A DNA stretch of 64,000 nucleotides from Lama glama. Lineage: Eukaryota. Positions 63,101-64,000 of this stretch are shown piece by piece. The stretch covers positions 69,566,001 to 69,630,000 of the forward strand of contig CM052816.1 of NCBI GenBank assembly GCA_028534125.1, read 5' to 3'. The stretch's first letter is position 1; each line of letters begins with the position of its first letter. A model generated the notes under the pieces. That model saw nothing but the letters and a program-made list of their open reading frames with translations. It was not told the origin of the DNA and did not search any database. The position numbers and the translations under genes were made by a program.

Positions 63101-64000
63101 TAGACCTAGTCCAGCCTGGTGGTATGATGGGTGAGTCCTGTCTCACTCTTTTGAGAATGTCTTGCTCTCCTCAGCTTACCTGTCATACCCATCAGGCTGT
63201 ACCAATTATACTTACGTAAATTGAAACTCTGAAATTTCTTCTGTCTTCTCTTCCCGCACATTCTCATTTAATCTTTGCAATTTGATGCCCAGAGAATAGA
63301 TGCTATTGTTATCTCACAGATAGTGAGACACAGGACACCTAGATGCTTAGACATTAAGTGACTTGATCAAAGTTACTTGGAAAAGGAGGTGTAGGAGTCA
63401 AATCTGAGCATTTACACTCAACCAGTGTACTCAATACAGAAAGCACTGTACCCAGTGTCTGGTACAGAGACCGCCCACATGTTGTCTGCTGCTTCTTTTA
63501 TTATTATTATATGAACAATTTAAAGTCTTCTGTGCTGGTATCATTCTCACTGTATTGATAAAACATAAACACCTTACCCTGCTCAAAACGTCTAGGACTT
63601 TCTAATTATTGTAGCAGCTTTTATCATTTGTTTTATCTCTTTATTTAGAGGTCTTTCAAGTCAAACTCTTATTCTTGTGGTTCTGACTAGTGCTGAAGTC
63701 ATGCTTCCCTCTTCTGATTTCTTCAAGACTGCCTTCTGAGGCAAAGTCTTACCTTATTCAAGGTAGTTCCTCAGACTTTCAGGATCTTCCATCAACATGT
63801 CATTTTCATATTCTTTTATTCTTTTGATTCATTCAGTCAGCAGATATTTACTGAGTACATATTATGGATTCAGGCTGAATTCTAGAATATGGTGGAGGTA
63901 ACAATGTCAAAGCAGGCATAGTCCCTGCGTAGACAAGCTAACAGACAAGAGAAAACTCTAAATATGTCCTTCTCTCCTTGATTAAAGCCAAATATTATTT
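60173..64000 (+). other. ARL15: 5' part of ARL15 intron 3
   Basis: Starts gtatat. No exon encoding the next segment (ADNIRKYWSRYY-like) seen before the window end. Confidence 0.88.

Noticed and set aside
62725..63219. 164-aa ORF
   Set aside because: Begins at a non-ATG codon in a TG/TA low-complexity tract and runs through L2-like decayed sequence. No recognisable homology.
1..64000. CRISPR array, operon or other prokaryote-type system; rRNA, snoRNA or known miRNA genes
   Set aside because: The sequence is mammalian intron. I saw no regularly spaced repeat-spacer array, no long ORFs and no recognisable structured RNA gene. An Rfam/Infernal scan would be needed to exclude small RNAs formally.

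Overview
Mammalian (most likely camelid) genomic DNA lying entirely inside the ARL15 gene on the + strand. It holds the last ~48.8 kb of intron 1, coding exon 2 (48787-48931, 145 nt, P-loop GLTGSGKT), an 11.2 kb intron 2, coding exon 3 (60113-60172, 60 nt) and the start of intron 3. The rest is AT-rich intron with decayed transposons: L1, L2, MIR, MLT1/ERVL LTRs, MER2, MER20, MER58, and two Vic-1-like tRNA SINEs that suggest Camelidae. Almost all of the ORF track is noise. I cannot support a genuinely new biological system from sequence alone. The best leads are: a repeat-poor, motif-dense block at ~6.5-8.5 kb (candidate developmental enhancer or alternative 5' end); a lineage-specific antisense SINE that puts a strong decoy splice acceptor 174 nt upstream of the in-frame-skippable exon 3; an L1-retroposed poly(A)+ fragment with TSDs; a twin-primed L1; a 35-bp direct repeat 997 bp apart; and several palindromes. 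Exon, SINE and TSD coordinates were counted by hand. Old-repeat boundaries and subfamily names are approximate and come from recognition, not a database search.
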